DNA of 64,000 nucleotides from Octopus vulgaris (lineage: Eukaryota): assembly GCA_951406725.2 (NCBI GenBank), contig OX597833.1, forward strand, positions 62,558,001 through 62,622,000, read 5' to 3'. Below the pieces are notes generated by a model. The model was given only the letters and a program-made list of their open reading frames with translations, was not told the DNA's origin and made no database searches. Position 1 is the first letter of the stretch; every line of letters begins with the position of its first letter. Of the stretch, positions 53,168 to 64,000 are shown piece after piece. The position numbers were made by a program, and so were the translations under genes.

Positions 53168-53990
53168 TGCACTGGATGAAGACCCATTAGATGAAGCTTT
53201 ACATAAACTCATGCTGCTTCTTAATGTTTGGACTAAATGAAAAAAAAATTCTTGATACTAAGTAAAATATAAACTATTGTATATGTGTATGTATGTATAC
53301 ATACATATACGCATACACACACATTTGTGTATACACTCTCATACACATTTGTGTATACACTCAGACATATGAATCCAAAGCAAAAATGGAAACAAACCTA
53401 ATAAAACATCCAATTTTACTAACTTTGAAAGACTTGCAAAATGTCAAAAAAAAAAATTTAATAATGAGCAGTAATTAATTACTATATCATTTAGAGTTAC
53501 ACGGCAAAACTGAACTCAACGTGTTATGTATGATAGAAATTATATTAATAATCTCAACCGAAAACAATGTTAGAAATTGGTTAATTCACTCTTTGTATAA
53601 TAGCACCACTTTCAAGTGTTAGTACTTCTCTGGGAAGTATTCTATAAACACCAAAGTCCACCTGGGTATAATTGAATGTAATAAGGTATTTGTACTCAGT
53701 TTCCACAAGTAGTTTCTCCCAGACACAGACACCAAGTTTGCATGGGTCTTGTCAAGTAAATTTCACCTACAAGGCTATAGTCATGCCAAGGCTATGTGCT
53801 GTACAAACAAAGTCACACAACTAAAACTTTACAGCTGACACAGGGGGGGGGGGAATTTCTAAGGTTTGTTTCACCTCTAAAATCTTGACATTTCAATATG
53901 TTGTTCCGTATTTACAGAATGAAATGTGCTTATTCAGAGTAGAGTTTTCCCACAAAGCCCAACGATATCAAATCTATTTTAAATACTTAC

Positions 53991-54020
53991 TTTCTTGAGC
54001 TTTTGGGGGTCTGATTCTGT
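53991..54020 (-). CDS. NCAM: 30-nt in-frame microexon (DRIRPPKAQE)
   Basis: Acceptor tgtctgcttgccctgttag with two TGC motifs, consensus donor A|gtaagt, phase 1-1, no stop, in frame with flanking exons. Confidence 0.6.
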
Positions 54021-54169
54021 CTAACAGGGCAAGCAGACATTATCAATAGAAACAGTTACGCCTATATTCTCAAAGAACAAATGCATTTAGCTTATATTCT
54101 AACTACCTTCACCTCTACTAGGAACTGATTCAAATATCTGAAGTTATAACAGTGTTTTGATTTGTTATC

Positions 54170-54608
54170 AAAATCGAAGAATCAAATCAAATCGAAATCA
54201 ATCCACATCAATGGAATTTGTAGTTTGTGGTACCAGTGCCGGTGGCACATAAGAGAACCATCCGAACGTGGCCGTAGCCAGCACCGCATCGACTGGCCTC
54301 CGTGCTGGAGGCACGTAACAAACACCATCCGATCGTGGCCGTGCCAGCCCTGCCTGGCCTCCGTGCCGGTGGCACGTAAAAAGCACCATCCGAGCGTGGC
54401 CGTTCGCCAGCCTCGTCTGGCACCTGTGTCGGTGGCACATAAAAAGCACCCACTACACTCACGGAGTGGTTGGCGTTAGGAAGGGCATCCAGCTGTAGAA
54501 ACACCGCCAGATCTGACTGGCCTGGTACAGCCTTCGGGCTTCCCAGACCCCAGTTAAACTGTCCAACCCATGCTAGCATGGAAAGCGGACGTTAAACGAT
54601 GATGATGA
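54170..54608 (+). mobile_element. SINE-like family B
   Basis: Longest copy, four subrepeats, (TGA)n tail. Confidence 0.75.
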
Positions 54609-55486
54609 CTCCAGTGCTTTTTAAACAGGTTACAACAAGTCAACTGTTTTATAATTAAAGCTTTCTTCACTGCAGCTTAGTAATTATGTTGTTGTAGGTT
54701 CCATTAGAAGAAAGGAGAAATATATTTTATCAAATCACATACCTAACAGTAGAAAATAACAGGAAGGCAACACATCAGTGTCATGTACCCCAGTATAACA
54801 AAACAAGGAGCTACTATTAAACATTGCTACATCTCTCAGTCCATCAGCCCCTGAGTGCAAGGAAATGACTAGTGCCTGTACTTAAAAATTAAGGGAATTA
54901 TCTGAAATTATCTGTGAATCTAATCCCATCAGTATTACTGTCAGCTGATCGAGGACCAAGGCCCTTCTTCATTTGACACTTTTCACTTGAAACTTCATCT
55001 TTGCCCCCAAGCCATCCATCATAATTAAAATCTAAAATTTGAAAGCAATTTACATTTTTCTCATATCCCTTTAAATGTGTCGAGTCGCGTTAAGTTCATG
55101 GTTGAAACATTGAGGGGAGGGAGGGTGTGGGTGAACACAGAACAACACCTAAAAAATACACTATCTGCAAGTAGACATTAGTAAACAGCCAAATTCTATC
55201 TTTATTCTGTCTGATCAATGTTTAGTTGGACTGGATTTTCACATGGAATTTACCAATTCCCACTACATGAGATATTCAGATAGTCAAAAGTGAAGCTTCA
55301 AAATTCCCAGAGGGGGGAAGAAAAAAAAACAGGAATATGGCCTGAATAGGTTAAAGAATTGAAGAGGAAGTCTCTCTGAGGGGAGAAGAGAATATTCACA
55401 AGGGGCTAATGCTGAAAGCATTTCAATTAAAATTTATAAAAAATGAACTCAAAGACTTCTCAAACCTGAAAATGTTGAAACAGTTT

Positions 55487-55517
<31 letters not shown>

Positions 55518-56119
55518 AATTGGTTCTCTATCATCGACTGGGCCCAACATTCCCAAATAAATTCTCTCCACTTCGAGCACAACTTCAACATCATTAGAAA
55601 TCAACCAAGATCAATAACCCAGACAACTGCCTCTTCTTCCTCCTGTCTTTCACTGACAATCTATCAACCTCTTTCTTCATGGTCATCCTGTACCTCTTTT
55701 ACAGGACCCATATTCTCTACAGCAAGCGGTGTTAATGGTGCTGTTGTTAGTTGACCAACAACACTTACAGGGTCCAAACTTCCCAAAATTATTTCTTTCT
55801 AAACATATTTTTTAGTCCAATGTTCTGCTGCATGGAATGTAAAGTAATTTTCTATATTCCTTAATAATAATAATAATAATAATAATGTTTCAAATTTTGG
55901 CACAAGGCCAGCAACTCTGAGGGAATGGGGTAAGTTGTTTACACCAGCCCCAGTGCTTCACTGGAACTTATTTTATCATCTCTGAAAGGATCAAAGGCAA
56001 AGTTGACCATACCAGAATTTGAACACAAAATGTAAGAACAGATGAAATACCACTAGGCATTTTACCTGGCATGCCAACAATTCTACCACCTCACTGCCTT
56101 AATAATAACAAAACTATGT

Positions 56120-56645
56120 TCTTTGGAGTACGGGATTCAAGCCGCTTCTCCTTATCTCTTCAAAGACATACATCATCTCGAAATAGTTCAGAAGCTGGCT
56201 ACCTGCATGGTTCTTGGTCTCAAGAATTTGTCTTATGAAGAAAGGCTGAAGACGCTCGACCTTTATTCTCTAGAAAAATGACGCCGTGGTGATCTCATTC
56301 TTGCTCACAACATCATAAGCAGAAAGTGTAACCTCTCGAAAGAGCTGTTCTTCACTCCTGCTCCAGAACGTTGGCTGCTGGGTCACACCGAAAAGCTCTA
56401 TCTGAGACGATTTCATCTCAATCGAAGGAGAGGGGCTTTATCCGTCCGGGTTGCGGATCCGTGGAATAAGCTGCCAGACGAGATAGTGAAGATGCCGACG
56501 ACCGCTCGGTTCAAAGTCTCCCTTGACCACAAATGGCCTGAACTCTTTGCATGAACACCACCCTGTACATAACTCCATGTCCCCCTACATGGCCTTGCTT
56601 TTTGCTTTTTGAGCCAAAAAATTAACCTAACCTAACCTAACCTAA
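56120..56645 (+). mobile_element. CR1/L2-group LINE 3' fragment
   Basis: LEYGIQAASPYLFKDIHHLEIVQKLAT..LKNLSYEERLKTLDLYSLEK*RRGDLI, typical CR1 ORF2 C-terminus, with (AACCT)n tail. Confidence 0.85.
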
Positions 56646-57005
56646 AGCAAAGCAGTTTTGTACATTCTTCAGTTAATGTTCTGCAACATGGAATATAAAG
56701 TACTTTGCGGTATTCCTCAGTTCAATGTTCTGCTACATGCCACCCCACCACCAGCGCAATACAGTACGCCTAATATCAATATGCCAATATGCATCAGACA
56801 AGGTTCATGTTTTGGTCATAGATCTGTTTAGCCACAACTGACTGGCAGAACTCGAAAGCATCAAAAACTTAAAAGAAGATATCAATTCAATTTTTACACA
56901 AGCTGTTGTCTCCTCAGCGAAACAAAAAGATCCTCAAATTTGCCTTCTATAATACATGTCCAATCCAATTATACTTGCACAAACAAATTTGACCCAGCAT
57001 CACTA

Positions 57006-57043
<38 letters not shown>

Positions 57044-57046
<3 letters not shown>

Positions 57047-57434
57047 CGCAAGAATGGCTGTGTGGTAAGTAGCTTGTCTACCAACCACATGGTTCCAGGT
57101 TCAGTCCCACTGCGTGGCACCTTGGGCAAGTGTCTTCTACTATAGCCTCGGTCCGACCAAAGCCTTGTGAGTGGATTTGGTAGACGGAAACTGGAAGAAG
57201 CCCGTCATATATATGTATATATATGCGTGTGTGTGTGTGTGTGTGTGTTTGTCCCCTAGCATTGCTTGACAACCGATGCTGGTGTGTTTACGTCCCCGTT
57301 ACTTAGCGGTTCGGCAAAAGAGACCAATAGAATAAGTACTGGGCTTACAAAGAATAAGTCCCAGGGTCGATTTGCTCGACTAAAGGCGGTGCTCCAGCAT
57401 GGCCGCAGTCAAATGACTGAAACAAGTAAAAGAG
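57044..57434 (+). mobile_element. SINE family A
   Basis: Full-length copy between (TA)n tracts. Confidence 0.85.
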
Positions 57435-57463
57435 TATATATATATATATATATATACACATAC

Positions 57464-57495
<32 letters not shown>

Positions 57496-59061
57496 CAATG
57501 ACAGTCACTAAAGCAATGTGAAAACTGTTTATAAATTTTTAGTTTAAATCTTTCAAAAAGGTCATCGTTTTCACAATTTCCCAAAAGACGGAAGATATAA
57601 AACCATTATCAGCATACTGCTGCCATGATGTATGATTCAAAAAACACAGAAGGGAGGAAGGTGGGCGGGACAATTGTTTGATTATCAGATTGTAGACTGA
57701 TACTGTGTCTAGTTTCTGGGTCAGAGTAGACTGTCTTTTTTAACATAATGATGAAATATATCTAAACTATCAAACACACAATCTAAATCACATTTCTCTT
57801 TCCCTCCCTCTCATCAAACCCAAATGATTCCTAGATTCGAGAGAGGGGGGGTGCAAGAGAATAAGAGGGCAAGTGAGAGAGATTGCTATTGGCTGCACCA
57901 TCGTTAACATTATGTCCTTAAAATACAGAAAAGTTACTGCTCATGATGATGATTATGATGATGATGATGATGATGAGTGACTGACTTAACCAGATGTCAT
58001 TTACAATAAATGCTTGTGTCAAATGTAAATTGCTCCATTTTCTCAGAAATAATAGCTCTTTGACCTTACAGATACCTAAAATTCCCACCAGAAGGTGAGT
58101 AGCAGAAAGAGGAAACAGAGAAAGGAAGGAGTAAGAGAAGAGAAATAAACACCATCACCACCACCACCACCGCCGTCTGCCCACACAATGTAAGATTTAA
58201 GTGAAAATTAAATCATCCCCAGCCCATCGTTGATTGCAAGTTAGAAGTGTTGTATTGTTGGAAGTTAGAAGTGTTAGAAGACAGAGGAAGAGAAGTGGTA
58301 AAATAATAGAAAGTTTGGTTCATGACAACTTTGTTAGAGGACAAGGAGGAGGCGGAGACCGTGTGCCAAGTTAGCGGGGAAGGTGGGAAGGGATATACTT
58401 TGGAAACTAGATTCAGACAAGGCCACTACCAAAGATTCTAGCAAGTCAGTGTTACAACAGAAAATGGCATCATTATTTCTAATAAGGCTAGAAACAGTAG
58501 TGGGAGGAGAGTGGAGGTCGGTCAATACAATTGACCATCCTCCAACCCCCCAACCCCCACTGCCCTAAACCAATACTTGACTGGCAGTTTATTTTAGTGA
58601 ACCTCGAAAGGATGAAAGGCAAAGCTGATTTCCACAGGATTTGAACACACAGAAAAAAAAAAAATTTTTTTAATTAAGAAAAATGTGGAGAGCAGAAAGA
58701 GATACTGCAATGCTCTAATGATTCTTCCAATCCATTGTTGGAAAAACAACAGGAGTTTTAGTAGAAGAGGATTTGAAACATTTGCAAGAAAGAGAAAAGT
58801 TTTGACACACACATTACACATATATGTTACACATATGCAGCTTTCAGAAAAGAAAATGTTAAATATTCAATAAATGGTCAAGGCATTGCCCATGAAATGT
58901 AATTTGTGACAAGAGCAACCGTTTGATTTCATACATAAGATATACCATATTTGCCTGCATATAAAACACACTTCTATTTTAAAAAAAGGTAATTTGTGTG
59001 TGTGTGTGTGTGTGTGTATGGGGGATTTAGTATGTTTCATCATACATTACTGAAAGATATC

Positions 59062-59290
59062 TTAACCCTTTCAATACCAACCCGGCTGAAACCGCCTCTG
59101 GATCTCTAGTACAAATGTCTTGTTTTCATAAATTTTGAATTAAAACCTTCCACCAGACCTTAGTCACAATTAATGTTCCTAACACCAACTTAATGATAAC
59201 GAAGTTATTTTACTAAATTCTTTGTTATATTTAAAGTAACTGAAGGAAACGCAGAGCATCTCAAAATAGATACGGTAACAAAGGGGTTAA
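59062..59290 (+). mobile_element. piggyBac-type MITE, family P1
   Basis: TTAA-CCCTTT...GGG-TTAA; homologous to 49565-49792. Confidence 0.75.
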
Positions 59291-59526
59291 AGTGGTTTTG
59301 TAGGGGGAAAAGGTATGATTGTGTGTGCACGTAAATATGATGCTGTGACAGTAGAATGGAATAAAATATGAAACCATATATGTAACATGAATAAACGATG
59401 TTCTGTAAGTATTTCAATTTTTTTATATTGTCATCAACACACTACACACAGCTGACAGACAGGCAGATGGAAGTTCAACATTCCTTTCACCTTTCATTCA
59501 GACCAATTTAAAAGAAAGTTTCTCAA

Positions 59527-60815
59527 CCCTTTCGTTACTAACCCGGGTCGTACCCAGCCGAAAAAATTTTTTGTTCATAATACCAACCCGGTTGAGAGAA
59601 CCTATTGTTATTTAAATGTAAATTTGAACCCAAATTTCGTTGGTACATTCATTAAAACATGTGATTTCACTTTGTAAATAGTTGGCTTATAGTATCCAAC
59701 ATTGCTTGAAGTGATATCTCAACTCAGTGAATTTTGGGAGATTTTTTTCCACATTTTTTTTCAGCATCGATTTTTCTTCAACTTTGAAAATGAATAGAAG
59801 TTTCATGTTATCAAGCATTGATTCCGAATTTAAAGCTTTTTGAACGGAAAATAGGGAGATATCGAGAAAAAGAATGAATGAGGTCTTAAAGCATGTGGTG
59901 TACAATAATGAATAGATATTTTTTTATCCGTTAACCGAAAGCAGCGATTCCGAAGAAACAAAGCGGCAATGGCGACAGCAAAGACAATTTTACATCGGAA
60001 TGAAGTAAAAAACTTTTAAAATGTTTTTATTAGGAATTTTTCTGAGGAGATAGTTTATCTATAGTCTTTCTTAGGAAGCGAAACCATTAGACTATTTTTT
60101 TTTAGTATGCTTGTTTGGAGCGATCACTGTGGAAGCAAACTGTTTCGCAGATTGTAAACAAACACGAAATGGGGGATCAAAATTCGGAAAATTTGTGAAG
60201 CAAAATACTAAGTACTGCAGTGGATTTAGTTTTTATACAGGGAAAATAATGTTAGTCGGCATGGCCTAGGGAACGATGTGGTCTGGAATTTATCACTTCC
60301 ATACCATAACCAGGGCCATATATTATTTTTTGACCTATTTCTTTAGATCGGTCAAACTTGCGGTGGATTCCAGTATTTCAGTTTATTCCACCTTTATGGT
60401 ACACCCATTGTGCATTAAATTCAACTGATAAATCTAGTGATGTGCACAATTCTTCTTTATCAAAATTTTGTTGCATACCCATTTGAATATTAGCTGATGA
60501 TTCATTTTCTATGGTAATGTTTAAACAAAATTTTAATATTTTTACCTTTTGCTCAATTTAAAATGTTAATATTTTTACCTTTTGCTCAATTTACCTGGAT
60601 TTACCTGTAATTAAAGTCACTTTGAGACAAAAGTTATGCAATAGAATTGATTAAGAACCCTTTCTTTTAATTATGTTCCAAATATCATATTAATATGTTG
60701 ATAAGTAAAAAAGTTACAGTAATTTAATGAAACAAGCCTAAATTCATGATTATTTTAGAATTTAATTGAAACTCATGAGGAATGTATTTTGGTCAGAAAT
60801 ATAGTAACGAAAGGG
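59527..60815 (+). mobile_element. Internally deleted piggyBac transposon
   Basis: TIRs CCCTTTCGTTACTA / TAGTAACGAAAGGG, TTAA at right end; frameshifted transposase remnant KWGIKIRKICEA..KYCSGFSFYTGK..GLGNDVVWNL..NQGHILFFD (~60165-60335). Confidence 0.8.
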
Positions 60816-62185
60816 TTAAGTAAAATGTAAATCCCATATCAGGTGAGTTATATTTGCTGAGGAATGAGATAGGAAAGGATGAGACTTTACCATTTATAAC
60901 TGCTGACTTGCTGTAAGCAATTTCCCACAAGTTTGTGATATTTTGGCCAGTTTTCAATATTTTATGGGTAACAATTATCATGCCCAGCAGACTTATGCTC
61001 ATTAAGTTTCCTAGCCTACAACACACAGAGCCTTCCATACATAGTATGACTGCATTAGATGCAGAGCAATTTTTTTTCATATATTTACAACTAGAAAACT
61101 GCATCTTTACACACTGGCAAATATGGTATACACATACACGCAATTCTAACAACCCAAGCAAATGTATAACAACAGCATTGAATAACAACCCTCATGATTT
61201 TGTTACTGATGAAAAGAATTTTAAGTGAAACGGAGACATTTAAAAATACAGGTAGTAAATATGTACACAGTTAGTGAGAAACTAAATATTAAAAACAAAA
61301 AGAAAAACATACAAAAAATAAAAGAAACAGACAAACAAGACAGACAGACAGACAAAGAAAAAGAACTGAGCCAGACATGCATAACTATGATTATCATCAT
61401 CATCATAGTAGTACAGATGAAGTAGAACATTAATATGAAAGTTCATTCGGTAAATGTTTAATTTGTCAAGAGATTGATTGGAGAGAAACATCACAAGTCA
61501 AGAGAGTAAGCAATGATTAATAATAATAATAATAATCATAATAATGATAATAATAACAATGACATGATCAAATCAGCAGTGAAGCCACAATTGAGAAATT
61601 TCATTATCAATACATTATATTCGCCATTTAAATAAAAACAAAAAACAAAAAAGAAAAATAAAAGGGTCAGAAAGAAAGTCAAGAAATATTTAAGACAGTT
61701 CAATAGCTGAAATCATTAAAAATGAAATCTTACTCCTATCATTAGTGAGAAAATGTGGGGGAGGCTGGAGTCACAAGAAATCATATACACACACACGTGT
61801 GTGTGTATGTGTAGAAGATTGATGATGCAAGGACTGCATAAACATATCAGAGAGAAGTCAGAATTTATTGGTTGGACCAAATAAGAAACGTGAGAGAAAA
61901 TGAGCGTGTGAAATAGAAAATCAATGATTAATAAAACTGTAGTTAGTGTTGAGGAGAAAATTGACGAATCCAGGGATTGATTAATTGGGAAGACAAAAAA
62001 TGAGAGAAAAAAGCTTCTTTTCGAGTGGACAAGGAGAAACAGGATGAGACGAAGTATCACTGTCTAGAGAGAGAGAGATATATATTTTACAACAGTAGAT
62101 AAAAAGTTTGAAAATATTAAAAAGACAGATAATTTTAAGTAGATGTGGTTTCAGCATGCAAAAAAACAATGTAACAGCTTTTCAC

Positions 62186-62299
62186 CAGTGGTCACTGAAG
62201 TTACAACTTTGGTCACAGTGACAGCAATGCCACTTGTTGTGCTAGTACTGATACCAGTAGGGTTCCTAGTAGAAGGGCTCATAGTGGTAAAATACGGAT
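62186..62299 (-). CDS. NCAM: Ser/Thr-rich mucin-like stalk cassette exon
   Basis: Acceptor ctttattttttgcgcag, donor G|gtgaaa; 114 nt, symmetric phase 1-1; xPYFTTMSPSTRNPTGISTSTTSGIAVTVTKVVTSVTT; joins in frame to the GPI or TM exon. Confidence 0.7.
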
Positions 62300-64000
62300 C
62301 TGCGCAAAAAATAAAGGGTTTTAACATGTCACTAAAATTGATTCATCTATCTTGAAGATGCGAGATGCCGAAATGTTAGAGATGGCAGAGAGAGAGAGAG
62401 ATAATAGGGGAGGGGGAAAAAAAAAAGAAAAATAATAATACCAGCTAAGGATTACTAACGTGAAATTGGGTACTATAAAATATTAAAAACAAAATATTAC
62501 GATTTCAATGGAAAGTTGAACAAAAAAAAAAAAAAATGCATGCGTAAAAAAAAGTAAAACCCAAGTAGACCAAACTTAAGGGTTTTTGTAGATTTAAAAA
62601 ACAAATATCAAATAGAAAACAACTTTCAAAAAGTTCATCCCAGTGTCGGAAAGGTGCAATGGCAGACTTGAATGGCTAAAAGCAAAAGGGCTTCCGTCTA
62701 TACTGATAGAGATGACGTCTTGAGAACATTCATTGGTGTTTATAGAGAAATGTCTGTGAATGAGCATGTGTATATAATTATTGACACGTACATCAATGAT
62801 GCGGATGTTACAGGGGACAGTAGACAGAAGGCTACCACATTTGGCAGGGGATCAGGAATTGCAAGCCCTAGAAGGAGCTATGCTACTAGAGATAGTGCTA
62901 ACAGGACATAAGGTGCTTGGTCAACTCCAGCAGGATCACCCGAGCGAAGTGTGTTTGATTTCTGAAAAACACCAAAACATCTAACAACCCCAGAAAACAT
63001 CATTGATGATATATGTGTACAGGTGTATCACAGGATGATGTATGGAATATATATACATTTCAATATTGGACTTATATGTATATATAATAATAAATATCCA
63101 TCATGAAATTCAAATAAATATTAAAAATGAAGAAAAAACATATTTTCTTACATCATTAACATTTGAATTTCAAACAAGTATAGTAAGTCCATTATTGAAA
63201 GATATTCAATGATTATTTCAATAAATCCTTTTAAATTTTAAATATTCTACTTTATAGATTTCTTATGATGTGAAATATGACAAAAAAAACTTTTTACTCC
63301 CTAGTTAATCAGTTTGCATCTTTTCCATATTGAGTTTCTAAATTACAGTTTGTATCTTAAAACATTCCAATACATTCCCATTGCAATTTATATTGTGTGT
63401 GTGTATTAACAAGGATAACAATGGCTTCATGTAGGAAATTTTGTGAGATCCATGTAGTCTCATCCAACATGCATGCCAATAAGCAATATTCATAAGTGGA
63501 AATATTGAAAAATTAAGGAATTTCACTATAATGAGACCAATAGTAGCATTGATAATCCAAAAATAAATATATTTATCCAACAAATGCAGTGTTGAGCACT
63601 CAAAGGGCCATTGTCAATACAAGGTGAATGAGGGACCTCAAAGCTTCCCCCTTCTTGAAGTGTTCAGAGGTTAAAGTATGAAAGACTGGGCAGAAACAAA
63701 TTTCTCGCTGTTGAAGAGGTACATAGCTACTCCACATTATATAATGATGATTGGGAGTAATTAGGGTAGAGCTAGAACTGGGAGATAAAGGTGGTGGGGG
63801 CAGACAGAAGAAAGGAATGGTAGGGAGTTTGAGGTTGGAAGAATATAAGGAGAATGAGGGACGATTAGAAAGGGCTGGAGATGAATATAATGAATGGTAA
63901 ACAAGGGTTGAGGTGTGGTTTATGATAAATATGAGTTGGAAGGTGGTGGAGAATAGATGGCTAAAGATTGGTTAGGGTCAAGGGGTGGATGTGAATAGTG

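Noticed and set aside
56622-56645. (TAACC)n telomere-like repeat
   Set aside because: Sits exactly at the CR1 3' end, so read as the LINE tail.
60793-61188. 131-aa minus ORF
   Set aside because: No recognisable domain, runs into the piggyBac TIR, no convincing splice sites.
61716-62069. Hydrophobic 114-aa minus ORF and acceptor at ~62064
   Set aside because: Explained by pyrimidine-rich intron composition; no recognisable motif.

Overview
AT-rich eukaryotic genomic DNA. The SINE families and dense (TA)n/(TG)n microsatellites point to an octopus/coleoid cephalopod (inference). The whole window lies inside the 3' half of one minus-strand gene that I read as an NCAM/Fasciclin-2/apCAM-family adhesion molecule; its Ig/FN3 exons would lie beyond position 64000. 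In transcript order it has a Ser/Thr-rich stalk exon (62299-62186), a 30-nt microexon (54020-53991), a possible 24-nt microexon (52976-52953), a terminal exon with a GPI-anchor-like signal (46834-46728) and an apparently ~9.7-kb SINE-poor 3'UTR, a competing transmembrane exon ~36 kb further on (11052-10836), and an acidic cytoplasmic exon (3057-2959). Splice phases join consistently. Introns hold four SINE families, hAT and piggyBac MITEs, piggyBac and Tc1/mariner fossils, two Helitrons, CR1/RTE/L1-type LINE fragments, and Penelope-like inverted repeats with hammerhead ribozyme motifs (one with an intact core). Almost all supplied ORFs are microsatellite or SINE artefacts. All calls were made by eye; no search or folding program was run.
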